A DNA stretch of 63,144 bases from Thermoplasmata archaeon (GTDB lineage Archaea > Thermoplasmatota > E2 > DHVEG-1), in the NCBI GenBank assembly GCA_003942085.1, contig DQIQ01000004.1, forward strand, positions 1-63,144, given 5' to 3'. Of the stretch, positions 10,185 to 19,085 are shown piece after piece. The notes beneath the pieces were generated by a model. That model did no database searches. It saw only the letters and a program-made list of their open reading frames with translations, and was not told the DNA's origin. Made by a program: the position numbers and the translations under genes. Within the stretch, counting starts at the first letter, position 1, and the number at the start of each line of letters is the position of its first letter.

Positions 10185-10209
10185 GGGATTAAAATCCCTT
10201 TCCATCAGT
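10185..10209 (+). repeat. tRNA 3'-end-like repeat, copy 2
   Basis: GGGATTAAAATCCCTTTCCATCAGT, directly after the stop codon of the 10211-10705 gene. Confidence 0.4.
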
Positions 10210-10210
10210 T

Positions 10211-10705
10211 TTATTGTTTAGACAAGAAGTCATCGACATCCTTAATAAATTCCAATGTCCCGCACTCTATTTGTTTTGTTAAAGTATCTAAATTACTAAA
10301 ATCTGGGTTGTCAACTAAAATGTTCTCCATGATAGAATCAACGCCTTTTGTAGTTGATGGAATGCGGTATTTCTTCCAGTCACTTTCTTTAAACAATTTC
10401 CAATATTTTGTTTGAACCGTTTTATTATATCCTGCTAACCATACCTCAAATTTAAAGGTGTCATGACAAAAAACGATTGCAATTTTCAATTTTTTTCTTT
10501 TTAATGATGCAGGAAAAAAGGAAAAATATGTCATGTCCATATATCCATAATAAATACTCCCAGATACAAAATAATCAGGATATTTGTTTTTAAAATACGT
10601 TCTCAAATCCATGATATATTTCATTAATCCTTTATATGCTTCTTTGATGTCTCCTTTCTTCATCTGTTTTCTATATTCATCGACATATTCATGAAATGGT
10701 TTCAT
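10211..10705 (-). CDS. Conserved hypothetical protein (DUF7000-like)
   Basis: AYKGLMKYIMDLR, IYYGYMDMTYFSF, KLKIAIVF, FEVWLAGYN recalled from a mostly bacterial family; AT-rich. Confidence 0.65.
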   Translation of the reverse strand: MKPFHEYVDEYRKQMKKGDIKEAYKGLMKYIMDLRTYFKNKYPDYFVSGSIYYGYMDMTYFSFFPASLKRKKLKIAIVFCHDTFKFEVWLAGYNKTVQTKYWKLFKESDWKKYRIPSTTKGVDSIMENILVDNPDFSNLDTLTKQIECGTLEFIKDVDDFLSKQ

Positions 10706-10727
10706 CCGTAAGATCCTCCATCCTAAG

Positions 10728-10750
10728 ATAGATTATTTACTCATAAATCT
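10728..10750 (-). promoter_or_regulatory. Shared upstream element, copy 2
   Basis: ATAGATTATTTACTCATAAATCT, 23 bp upstream of the ATG at 10705. Confidence 0.6.
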
Positions 10751-10837
10751 GTTCTTTTTATAGATAGACCGTATAGAAATGTTCAAATCAGCTTTGATAT
10801 TTCTTTACAGAGTAATTCAGTAGGTCGTAGGAAAACA

Positions 10838-11287
10838 ATGAACAAAAAAAGTATGAATGTTGTGATACGCAGGATGATTCTAAAGGATTATGACGCGGTG
10901 ATTGCTCTTTGGAAAAAAGGGAGCATACCGTACAGACCACAGGGCCGTGATAGTAAAAAAAATATCGGCCGACAATTACAACAACCAACAAGTCTATACT
11001 TTATAGCGGAGAACGAAAGAAGAATTATCGGAGTAATTTTAGGCACACATGATGGACGAAAAGGATGGATCAATCGACTCGTCGTTACTCCGGTGTATCA
11101 ACAGAAAGGGATCGCAAAACAATTGGTTGAAGAAGTTGAACATCACCTTGCAGGCTTAGGAATCGATATTACGGCTTGCCTCATCGAAGATTGGAACAGC
11201 ACATCAATGCAAGTGTTTGAACGGTTAGGATACAAGAAACATACCGATATACTATACTTCTCCAAAAGAAAAAATATTAAGATATAG
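10838..11287 (+). CDS. GNAT N-acetyltransferase
   Basis: GTHDGRKGWINRLVVTPVYQQKGIA motif A; FERLGY. Confidence 0.85.
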   Translation: MNKKSMNVVIRRMILKDYDAVIALWKKGSIPYRPQGRDSKKNIGRQLQQPTSLYFIAENERRIIGVILGTHDGRKGWINRLVVTPVYQQKGIAKQLVEEVEHHLAGLGIDITACLIEDWNSTSMQVFERLGYKKHTDILYFSKRKNIKI

Positions 11288-11399
11288 GAAGTTAGATACT
11301 ATTTTACCGGTATTTTGTTGGTCAAATCCAGACAACCCCACCGTATTGTTTCGGTCATCCCCCATATAGCTATAAATAGCGAAATTCTATCATAGACGG

Positions 11400-11675
11400 G
11401 TGATGGGAAAACGAGCGGTAACCAAAAAAACCGATGTACTGTCTGCTTCAGAGATCGGCCAGTTCACCTATTGTGCACATGCTTGGCTCTTGCAGCGCTG
11501 CGGGTATACCGCTGAGTCTCCGTTTCTGGAACCAGGGAAACAGGCGCATATCGCCTTGGGTGACACCATCGATGGACTTGAAGAAAAGATGCGGTATTCG
11601 CGATGGTATATCCTTCTTGGTCTTGCAGTATTGTTCATAGGATTTCTTTTTGTATTCTTCGAGGTGATCCTATAG
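11400..11675 (+). CDS. Cas4-like N-terminal fragment with C-terminal transmembrane helix
   Basis: LSASEIGQFTYCAHAWLL (first Fe-S Cys motif) and GKQAH, then WYILLGLAVLFIGFLFVFFEVIL. Confidence 0.75.
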   Translation: MMGKRAVTKKTDVLSASEIGQFTYCAHAWLLQRCGYTAESPFLEPGKQAHIALGDTIDGLEEKMRYSRWYILLGLAVLFIGFLFVFFEVIL

Positions 11676-12208
11676 AGTTACTTGTTTTTGGTCTCGTGCT
11701 TCTGATTGGTGCAATCATTATCTTTGCGTATGCATCAAAGATCCGACGTTCCGTACGGGCAAAGAAGAAATCATGTGGGATCCCTAAGGGCATGATTCTG
11801 TATTCTGATCTGAATGTTCCCGCAGCACCGCTGTTCTCGAGTCGTTCCCGTCTTACAGGAAAACCAGATTACATCGTACGAAAAGACGACCATTTCCTCC
11901 CGGTAGAAGTAAAAACAGGAGGCGGACAGCATCCTCATCATAGCCAGGTGCTCCAGCTTGCAGTGTATTGTCAACTGCTTGAAGAGACCACAGGGGCGTT
12001 TGTCCCCGAGGGCATTCTTGTCTATAATAATGTACCCTATACTATTCCGTTTGACCCGAAATTACGCTTCGAGCTCGAATCGGTGATAAAACGCATGCGT
12101 AGCTGCCTGCGCAGTGGTGTCGTTCAAAGGAATCATCAGGAGCAAAAGCGGTGTACGCATTGTTCGATGAGACAGTATTGTAATGATGTTGTTCCGGATG
12201 GTCCATAA
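11672..12208 (+). CDS. Cas4-like PD-(D/E)XK nuclease core with N-terminal transmembrane helix
   Basis: Hydrophobic LLVFGLVLLIGAIIIFAYA, then LTGKPDY, PVEVKT, QLAVYCQLLEE and C-terminal CTHCSMRQYC. Start uncertain (ATA 11672 after a GAGGTGAT SD). Confidence 0.8.
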   Translation: MELLVFGLVLLIGAIIIFAYASKIRRSVRAKKKSCGIPKGMILYSDLNVPAAPLFSSRSRLTGKPDYIVRKDDHFLPVEVKTGGGQHPHHSQVLQLAVYCQLLEETTGAFVPEGILVYNNVPYTIPFDPKLRFELESVIKRMRSCLRSGVVQRNHQEQKRCTHCSMRQYCNDVVPDGP

Positions 12209-12263
12209 TTCCATAAAAATAATATACTTATCTTGTATTGTAACCAAACCATCAGAGAACGCT

Positions 12264-13229
12264 ATGGGATATAGTATGAAGAAAGGGCATGGCATCGGAT
12301 TCGGTAAGGCTATCTTGTTTAACGAACACTTTGTCGTCTATGGGATTCCGTCGATTGTGTCGGCAATCGGGAACCACACGGTTGCGAAGATCGAACCCTA
12401 TGACCACGTAGGATTTTCACTTGCGGATAAACGACTTGCAACACCGAAATATAAGGAGGACAAGCTTTCTCAGCAGAAGGAATCCTTTGAGCTTATGTTC
12501 AAGAAAATGGGTATCGATTTATCAAAGAACGGAGTATCCATCACCCTGGAAGGTAATCTCTATGCGGCTAGTGGGATCGGTGCCTCAGCAGCATCGTGTG
12601 TCGCAGTCGCTAGAGCACTTGCTGAATATTTCGATATGAATCTTTCCGATGAAGAGATCAACGATATTGCCTATGAGGGTGAAAAAGGGTATCATGGGAC
12701 GCCGTCTGGCGTAGACAATACCGCGTCGACGTATGGCGGGTTGATCTGGTTCCAGAAAGGTGACAAGAATGTCATTGATCGCATTCCTCTGTTAAATCCT
12801 GTTGAGATCGTGATCGGGAACACCGGAAAGGTGACCGATACGAAAGCAGCGGTTGATGGCGTCAAGCAGCGAAAAGAGAAAAACCCGAAGAAGTACCAGG
12901 AGGTTTTTGACCGAGCTGAGAACATCGCGTATCTGGCGAAACGGGCGATCCAGGATCGATCCTTTCCGAATGTCGGCAAGCTGATGAATGAGAACCATAA
13001 GCTGCTGCAGCAAATCGAGGTGTCGTCACGGGAATTGGATTTCCTGGTCAGTATCGCGCGGGACGCGGGTGCCTTGGGCGCGAAGCTCACCGGTGGCGGC
13101 CTGGGAGGCAACATGCTTGCACTCACCCCTGGAAAAGAGCTGCAGAACAAGGTAGCAAATGCGATTGAAAAAGAAGGTTTCCAGACCGTGAAAACCGTGA
13201 TCGGTGCATCGCGGGAGAGTGTGGAGTAA
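12264..13229 (+). CDS. mvk: Mevalonate kinase (GHMP family)
   Basis: GKAILFNEHFVVYG, ASGIGASAA, HGTPSGVD, AKLTGGGLGG; adjacent to UbiD/AcnX genes. Start 12264 or 12276. Confidence 0.88.
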   Translation: MGYSMKKGHGIGFGKAILFNEHFVVYGIPSIVSAIGNHTVAKIEPYDHVGFSLADKRLATPKYKEDKLSQQKESFELMFKKMGIDLSKNGVSITLEGNLYAASGIGASAASCVAVARALAEYFDMNLSDEEINDIAYEGEKGYHGTPSGVDNTASTYGGLIWFQKGDKNVIDRIPLLNPVEIVIGNTGKVTDTKAAVDGVKQRKEKNPKKYQEVFDRAENIAYLAKRAIQDRSFPNVGKLMNENHKLLQQIEVSSRELDFLVSIARDAGALGAKLTGGGLGGNMLALTPGKELQNKVANAIEKEGFQTVKTVIGASRESVE

Positions 13230-13231
13230 GT

Positions 13232-14542
13232 ATGAATCTTCGTCCGTTTCTCAAGCAGCTTGAAGAGCAGGAAAAGCTAGTCCGAATCAAAAAGGAAGTT
13301 TCAGTGAAGTATGAGATTGCTAATATCATGTATTCGCTCAATGAAAAACCCGTGATCTTTGAGAACGTCAAAGGCTATGAGTTTCCGGTGTTCGGCGGGA
13401 TCACCTCTGATCGGGATATCATCGCGCAGGGGTTGGGGACGACGAAGGAAAAACTGATGATGAAGCTGGTGGAAGGGCTGCGTCATCCGAAGGTCCCAGA
13501 GGTTGTAGAAAAAGGTCCTTGTCAAGAGGTTGTAATTAAGAATCCTGATCTGAAGAAATTACCCTTATTGTTCCATGTCGATGGTGACGGTGGCAGGTAT
13601 GCGACCGCGACGGTCGCGACGATTAAGGATCCGCAGACCGGTCGGAATGTCGCGTATCATCGGTTGATGGAGCGGAGTCAGAACCGGTTCACCGCCCGAT
13701 TGATTAAGGGGCGGCAGACGCGAACGACCTATGATCGGACCGTTGGTGATCTTGAGATGGCGATCTGCATCGGTAATTCGATTTCTGTGATGCTGGCTGC
13801 ATCACTAGGACCGCCGTCTGGTGTCGATGAGTTTTCCATTGCTAATACGCTTGATCCGATGAAGATGGTGAAATGCAAGACCAAGAATCTTGAGGTCCCC
13901 GCGGAGTCTGAGTTTGTGTTAGAGGGACGCTTAACCAAGGAAGTGGATAAGGAAGGTCCGTTTGTGGATTTGACGGAGACCCGTGATTTTGAGCGTAAGG
14001 AACCTGTGTTTGTCATTGATTGTATCACGCATCGGAAGGATGCATTGTATCAGGCACTGATCCCTGGGAGACTTGAGCATAAGATCCTGATGGGGATGCC
14101 AAAGGAACCGACGATCTATGATGAGGTCAGCAAGGTTGCCGCCTGTAAGAACGTGTTGGTGACCATGGGTGGCGGTTCATGGCTGCATGGGATCGTGCAG
14201 ATTGCAAAGAAGAACCCTGATGACGGGAAGAAAGCAATCGAGGCAGCGTTCACCGGTCATAAGAGCATGAAGCATGTGGTGATCGTTGATGACGATGTCG
14301 ATCTGTATAACCCGACTGCGGTGGAATGGGCTATAGCGACCCGATTCCAAGCTGGAAAGGACCTGGTGGTGAAGCTGGATCAGCCTGGCAGTTCTCTTGA
14401 TCCGTCCTCAAAGCAGGAGGAAGGTAAAAAGGCGCTCACCGACAAGGTCGGGGTGGATGCGACGATCCCGTTTGATGTGGATAAGAAAAAGTATGAGATT
14501 GTGAAATATACGAAAGTGAAGCTTGATGATTACCTCAGGTAG
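13232..14542 (+). CDS. UbiD-family decarboxylase, likely anhydromevalonate phosphate decarboxylase
   Basis: DGGRY, RNVAYHR, EFVLEG, EGPFVD, EH..LMG, VDDDVD..VEWAIATR, GSSLDPS; context with mvk and AcnX. Confidence 0.85.
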   Translation: MNLRPFLKQLEEQEKLVRIKKEVSVKYEIANIMYSLNEKPVIFENVKGYEFPVFGGITSDRDIIAQGLGTTKEKLMMKLVEGLRHPKVPEVVEKGPCQEVVIKNPDLKKLPLLFHVDGDGGRYATATVATIKDPQTGRNVAYHRLMERSQNRFTARLIKGRQTRTTYDRTVGDLEMAICIGNSISVMLAASLGPPSGVDEFSIANTLDPMKMVKCKTKNLEVPAESEFVLEGRLTKEVDKEGPFVDLTETRDFERKEPVFVIDCITHRKDALYQALIPGRLEHKILMGMPKEPTIYDEVSKVAACKNVLVTMGGGSWLHGIVQIAKKNPDDGKKAIEAAFTGHKSMKHVVIVDDDVDLYNPTAVEWAIATRFQAGKDLVVKLDQPGSSLDPSSKQEEGKKALTDKVGVDATIPFDVDKKKYEIVKYTKVKLDDYLR

Positions 14543-14843
14543 AGGAAAGTATAAGGTGTGGCTGCAGCGCCAGAAGATTGGTGTTGACATGGTTTTTTTT
14601 CTTGGCGGGGGGGAACGGTCGCACATTGGTGGTGTGGTGATCGCAGAGCCAGAAAAAAAAGTAAGAGCAATAAGGCTCGCCGGGCATTATGATGATATCG
14701 TTTTACAGCCGATTGCCAAGGCGGCATGCAAAAAATATAAAACGAAAGTTATTACGGTCGGCGGGGTGCATGTCGATAATGCAACAAAAGAAGAAATTGA
14801 TCTGCTAGTAAAAAATTGTAAAAAGTTGGTAAAGAAGATCTGA
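14526..14843 (+). CDS. LpdD-like (prenylated-FMN chaperone-like) protein
   Basis: GGGERSHIGGV, GHYD, GGVHVDNATKEEI pattern; overlaps the UbiD stop. Confidence 0.65.
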   Translation: MITSGRGKYKVWLQRQKIGVDMVFFLGGGERSHIGGVVIAEPEKKVRAIRLAGHYDDIVLQPIAKAACKKYKTKVITVGGVHVDNATKEEIDLLVKNCKKLVKKI

Positions 14844-14846
14844 TTT

Positions 14847-16013
14847 TTAATGCCCGAACAATCTTTTCGTCACGACCGTCGCATAACTTCCTTTCGGCAA
14901 TGAAAACGACACCTGCATCTTATATCGAATCATGTTTCCTATACTATTAATCTCATCTCGCTCCGGCTTTGAGATCGTGAAATCCTGCGGGATAAGCAGA
15001 ATCTCCCGCGCTCGTGTTTTGAAGAAATTCCCGGCTTCTTCCTCAATTCTAAATTCAGGGAGTTGTAGCCCTTCTTTTTCAAGCACTGATGAAACAATCT
15101 GTTGTTCGCCATCCGTAAACATCGCAGTCTCACTGATTGTCAGAAACGTCAATGGTATCTTTTCTTTCTCTGGTTCTGAGAGGTTTGTATAAAACAATAA
15201 CGCACCGATCGCGTACTCCACCGAGTATAACTTTTTTTTCTCAACAGTGCGTTTCAGCATCTCTTTGACGCATTCGTTCCACAGGAAGCTTTGGTACGCG
15301 TTCACGAACATCTCTCGCAGGTGCGCAGGGATCCTCCGGTACGCCGCACGCCAGTCCTTCGTCTTTGCATACTCCTTAATGACCTCTGCAAACGCTCTAT
15401 TGTACACCCGTACGCTTGCAAGATCATTCCAGGCAGACTGTATCTTCCGTTTATCATCCTTGATTTTCTTCGGCTCTGATTTCTGATATGATGTCAGATA
15501 CTGTTTGACTGCTTTTTCATACTTTTTTAATATTACATCTTTGCCGATAAACGTATTATCGATGACGCTGCCAAACCTCTGTGAATCAAAATAATTCGGC
15601 ACACCAGACGTCGAAATCGTCTCAGCCTTCAGAGCGATATCAGCTAGTTTTTTCTCTTCTACATCACGAACCATGATCGTGAACCGGTTCCCCTTAAGAT
15701 CACCTACCTTTATTTTCTTACGAGAATAGCCAACAAGCGTCAGAACCAGTAAATCCATCTTCAGACCCTGAACATTATATCGGGTTGGAATCGAAATGTA
15801 CTGCCGAGCAAGTGCATGTTTATCCTTGAGTCCTGCATACCCGATCTCAAAGAGCGAAATGCGGATTCGCTGTGCGATCCGACGGATCGCATCGAACGTA
15901 TCAATCTCCTGTTTCTCCAGTAAAAACACGGTATGTTCATCCTTCTCAGTCGACGCCTCAAAACCAGGGAGTTCCTCGACCATGAAATCCGCGGGTTGTT
16001 GTTTCAGCTTCAT
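14847..16013 (-). CDS. truD: tRNA pseudouridine(13) synthase
   Basis: DFMVEE, GYAGLKDKHA..QYIS, GDLKGNRF, PNYFDSQRFG, NAYQSFLWN, FSLPKGSYAT. Confidence 0.92.
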   Translation of the reverse strand: MKLKQQPADFMVEELPGFEASTEKDEHTVFLLEKQEIDTFDAIRRIAQRIRISLFEIGYAGLKDKHALARQYISIPTRYNVQGLKMDLLVLTLVGYSRKKIKVGDLKGNRFTIMVRDVEEKKLADIALKAETISTSGVPNYFDSQRFGSVIDNTFIGKDVILKKYEKAVKQYLTSYQKSEPKKIKDDKRKIQSAWNDLASVRVYNRAFAEVIKEYAKTKDWRAAYRRIPAHLREMFVNAYQSFLWNECVKEMLKRTVEKKKLYSVEYAIGALLFYTNLSEPEKEKIPLTFLTISETAMFTDGEQQIVSSVLEKEGLQLPEFRIEEEAGNFFKTRAREILLIPQDFTISKPERDEINSIGNMIRYKMQVSFSLPKGSYATVVTKRLFGH

Positions 16014-16075
16014 AGAATAACAAAACAATAAAATAATCCGAGCATATAACCCTGTCCATACGGGGTTGATAGTTC

Positions 16076-17260
16076 ATGTATCTTTCAAAAGAAGAAGAAA
16101 AAATACTCCATGGTGAACAAGGCGAAGTCCCGGAACGCATGCTTCGCTTGCTCACCCAGCTTGGTGACATCTACGGTGCTGACAAGATGATCCCAGTCGG
16201 ATCAGTCCAAGTCGCTGGTGTCTCCTATAAATCCATCGCTGACCCAGGAACCGAGTTCCTCGAAGACCTTGCCGCGAAAGGCGCAAAAGTAAAAGTCCTT
16301 ACTTTCCTCAACCCGGCAGGGATGGACCTTGAGAACTGGGAGAAACTCAAGTTCCCAAAGGAGTTTGCAAAAAACCAGCTCCGCATCATGGATGCTTTTA
16401 AAAGCATGGGCATCGTGATCACCGCGACCTGCACGCCTTATCTTGCGGGAAACCTACCGCGATTTAGAGAGCATATCGCCTGGTCAGAATCCAGTGCTAT
16501 TTCATTTTCAAACTCGGTCATCGGGGCACGAACCAATCGTGAAGGCGGACCTTCTGCTCTTGCCGCTGCAATCCTAGGAAAAACACCGAACTACGGGCTC
16601 CACATCTGGGAAAACCGGCAGCCCACCATCAAAGTCAAGATAGAAACAGACCTTATCTTCGATGCGGACTACGGCGCACTCGGCTACCATGTCGGCAAAC
16701 AAATCAAAAACAAAATACCGTATTTCACCGGCATCAAAAACGCGGATACCGACCAGCTCAAATCACTTGGTGCAGCCATGGCGGCATCCGGTGCTGTTGC
16801 CCTCTACCACATCGAAGGACTCACCCCTGAGGCAGACCTGGTTAAAAAAGACCACCTTGAAACGATCACGGTTACAAAAAAAGAGCTTGACGAGGCGTAC
16901 GCAAAACTCAATACCGGCAAAGAACCGGACATCGTCATCCTCGGCTGCCCGCACGCATCCTTACGAGAGATAGGCTCAGTTGCGGAGAAGCTCAAAGGAA
17001 AACATCTCAGAAAACCAGTCTGGGTGTGCACCTCACGGATGATGAAAGAGGCAGCAGACCGCATGGGATATTCCGATATCATAGAAAAAGCAGGGGGACA
17101 CATCGTCGCAGACACCTGCATGGTCGTCTCACCCATCGAAGATATGGGATATAAAACCACTGGGGTCAACAGCGGTAAGGCAGGGAACTATCTTCCCGGG
17201 TTCTGCAAACAAAACGTGTGTTTTGCTAATCTTGATAAACTCCTGGAGGCAGTAGCATGA
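16076..17260 (+). CDS. Aconitase X large subunit (phosphomevalonate dehydratase)
   Basis: GVSYKSI, TCTPYL, AWSESSA, GARTNREGG, LGCPH, DTCMVV, NSGKA. Confidence 0.9.
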   Translation: MYLSKEEEKILHGEQGEVPERMLRLLTQLGDIYGADKMIPVGSVQVAGVSYKSIADPGTEFLEDLAAKGAKVKVLTFLNPAGMDLENWEKLKFPKEFAKNQLRIMDAFKSMGIVITATCTPYLAGNLPRFREHIAWSESSAISFSNSVIGARTNREGGPSALAAAILGKTPNYGLHIWENRQPTIKVKIETDLIFDADYGALGYHVGKQIKNKIPYFTGIKNADTDQLKSLGAAMAASGAVALYHIEGLTPEADLVKKDHLETITVTKKELDEAYAKLNTGKEPDIVILGCPHASLREIGSVAEKLKGKHLRKPVWVCTSRMMKEAADRMGYSDIIEKAGGHIVADTCMVVSPIEDMGYKTTGVNSGKAGNYLPGFCKQNVCFANLDKLLEAVA

Positions 17261-17643
17261 TGAAAGGAAGGACCATCTCGCCAGGGAAAGCCAAGGGGAT
17301 CGCATTAGTCTCAAAGGAACCGATCGGGTTCTACGGCGGCATCAACATCAAAACCGGTATCGTGATAGAGAAAGGCCATCCTCTTGAGGGAAAGAACGTC
17401 AAAGATAAGATTTTGGTCTTTCCCTGCGGCAAAGGTTCCACCGTCGGCTCCTATGTAATTTACGGGCTGCAGAAGAACGGTGTTGCCCCGAAAGGAATCA
17501 TCAACAAAGAAACAGAGACCATTGTCGCAACCGGGGTCATCCTCGCCGGCATCCCTTGTGTCGATAAGATCGATATTGATCAGATCAAAGACGGGGACAC
17601 AGTGGTCTTAAACGCTGATAATGCGACCATCGAAGTCGCATAG
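17257..17643 (+). CDS. Aconitase X small (swiveling, DUF126) subunit
   Basis: GHPLEG, LVFPCGKGSTVGSY; ATGA overlap with the large subunit. Confidence 0.9.
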   Translation: MMKGRTISPGKAKGIALVSKEPIGFYGGINIKTGIVIEKGHPLEGKNVKDKILVFPCGKGSTVGSYVIYGLQKNGVAPKGIINKETETIVATGVILAGIPCVDKIDIDQIKDGDTVVLNADNATIEVA

Positions 17644-17648
17644 TAACC

Positions 17649-18941
17649 TCACAGCAACGCACGCATGTTCCATGAAACACCAATTCCATGCACAGGGACA
17701 TTATGGTCACCATCATCATCAGTCCAGGATATCGTCCCATCAATTGTGCAATACCCGATCTTCATCCCCAGATACGAGGGGAACTTCCATATTTTGTTGG
17801 TGGCATGGGTAATGGAGATATCTCCACTTAGCGATGTTTTCGTCCCATACAAAAGGGATTGACTGATCACATACAGCGGATTGATGCTAGGGTCTGCCTT
17901 GAGGCTGAACGCAGCCGGAAGTTTCACCAGCGGGAACACTTTTTCATCCTTCGCCGTGATTTTCAGATTCACGTCCTTAAGCTCGGTAAGACTTACTCCG
18001 CGATCGGTCGTAATCAAAAGAGTGCCGAACGGATCCAGTTTTGATAACGCCTGGGAGATTGCTTGGGGACTGGGAAGATAGTTTGCCGCGTAGATGTTCC
18101 AACCATTATCCAGGCTTAGAGAGAACCAGTCCCAGCCGCCTATCGATAATCTCCGGATCGCATTTGGAGTCCAGGAATGTTCATGAGACCCTGATCCCTT
18201 CACCGTGTAGGTTTGTCCATCGATGATGACTGTTCCAGAGACATCACAGCCGAGCAGCACATAGTTCGCAACCTCACTGTCGGATTTATCCACTACTCGT
18301 GAACCGAGAGCCCACACCGGCAGCGACCGGGCTGTATAATCCAGATCGATCACAATCTGTTGTGCGGCATCGACATCAGCACCTTCAGCATGCACATGCC
18401 AGCGTGGATAGGTTCCTTCCGCCCAGGAGTTCTCAAACTCGACCTTCACCCCAGGAGTACCAGCAATGAGAGTTCCTTCCTTAAGGAGCCCCAGATAATG
18501 CTCCTTGTTGACCATCCCGCCATAGGTTTCACTGTTATTTCCCAGGAGGCTGACGACAAGCAGGTCGGGTTTATTGGTCCCGAGCAGATCACCTCGAGCC
18601 ATATGATTAAAGCTCACGGCGACCGCCCAGTCCTTCAGCTGACTGGTGCTGTCATTAAAAACCGCGTTGAAATACCACCATTCCCGGGAGATACGCAACT
18701 CGTCGAAATGCACTCCTTCATCCTGCGCTGAGACATCGCGACGGTATGCTGGGATAAGAGACGTCGGTGGAGTCGGAAGTTTCACCGGTGGCAGAATGGT
18801 GGTTGTATTGTCACCAGAATCTTGTGGAGTCTGACCATCAGATGGCAGGAACGAACTGATATAATCTGCCTTGTAGAAAAAAAGCGTAGAAATTACGATG
18901 AGTGCTACGATGATGATCGTATCAATCTTTCTGAATTTCAT
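17649..18941 (-). CDS. Membrane-anchored AttH/CrtC (lipocalin-like) domain protein
   Basis: N-terminal TM and Pro/Thr linker, then EWWYF, GSGSHEHSW and GWDWFSLSLDNG. Start ATG 18941 after a GGTGGAG SD. Confidence 0.65.
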   Translation of the reverse strand: MKFRKIDTIIIVALIVISTLFFYKADYISSFLPSDGQTPQDSGDNTTTILPPVKLPTPPTSLIPAYRRDVSAQDEGVHFDELRISREWWYFNAVFNDSTSQLKDWAVAVSFNHMARGDLLGTNKPDLLVVSLLGNNSETYGGMVNKEHYLGLLKEGTLIAGTPGVKVEFENSWAEGTYPRWHVHAEGADVDAAQQIVIDLDYTARSLPVWALGSRVVDKSDSEVANYVLLGCDVSGTVIIDGQTYTVKGSGSHEHSWTPNAIRRLSIGGWDWFSLSLDNGWNIYAANYLPSPQAISQALSKLDPFGTLLITTDRGVSLTELKDVNLKITAKDEKVFPLVKLPAAFSLKADPSINPLYVISQSLLYGTKTSLSGDISITHATNKIWKFPSYLGMKIGYCTIDGTISWTDDDGDHNVPVHGIGVSWNMRALL

Positions 18942-19085
18942 TCTCCACCAAACGATATCGTTATACAGTGCTTCTGACAGGAGGATATTAATAGTTTCTT
19001 GTACAAGCGGTACCCTTTTGGCACGCGCGCATATTTTTATTAATACAGTGAACAATTACCCTCAACCACGTGCGGAGGCAGCGGT

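Noticed and set aside
11290..12300. CRISPR-Cas locus around the Cas4-like genes
   Set aside because: No repeat-spacer array and no cas1, cas2 or effector genes seen anywhere in the window.
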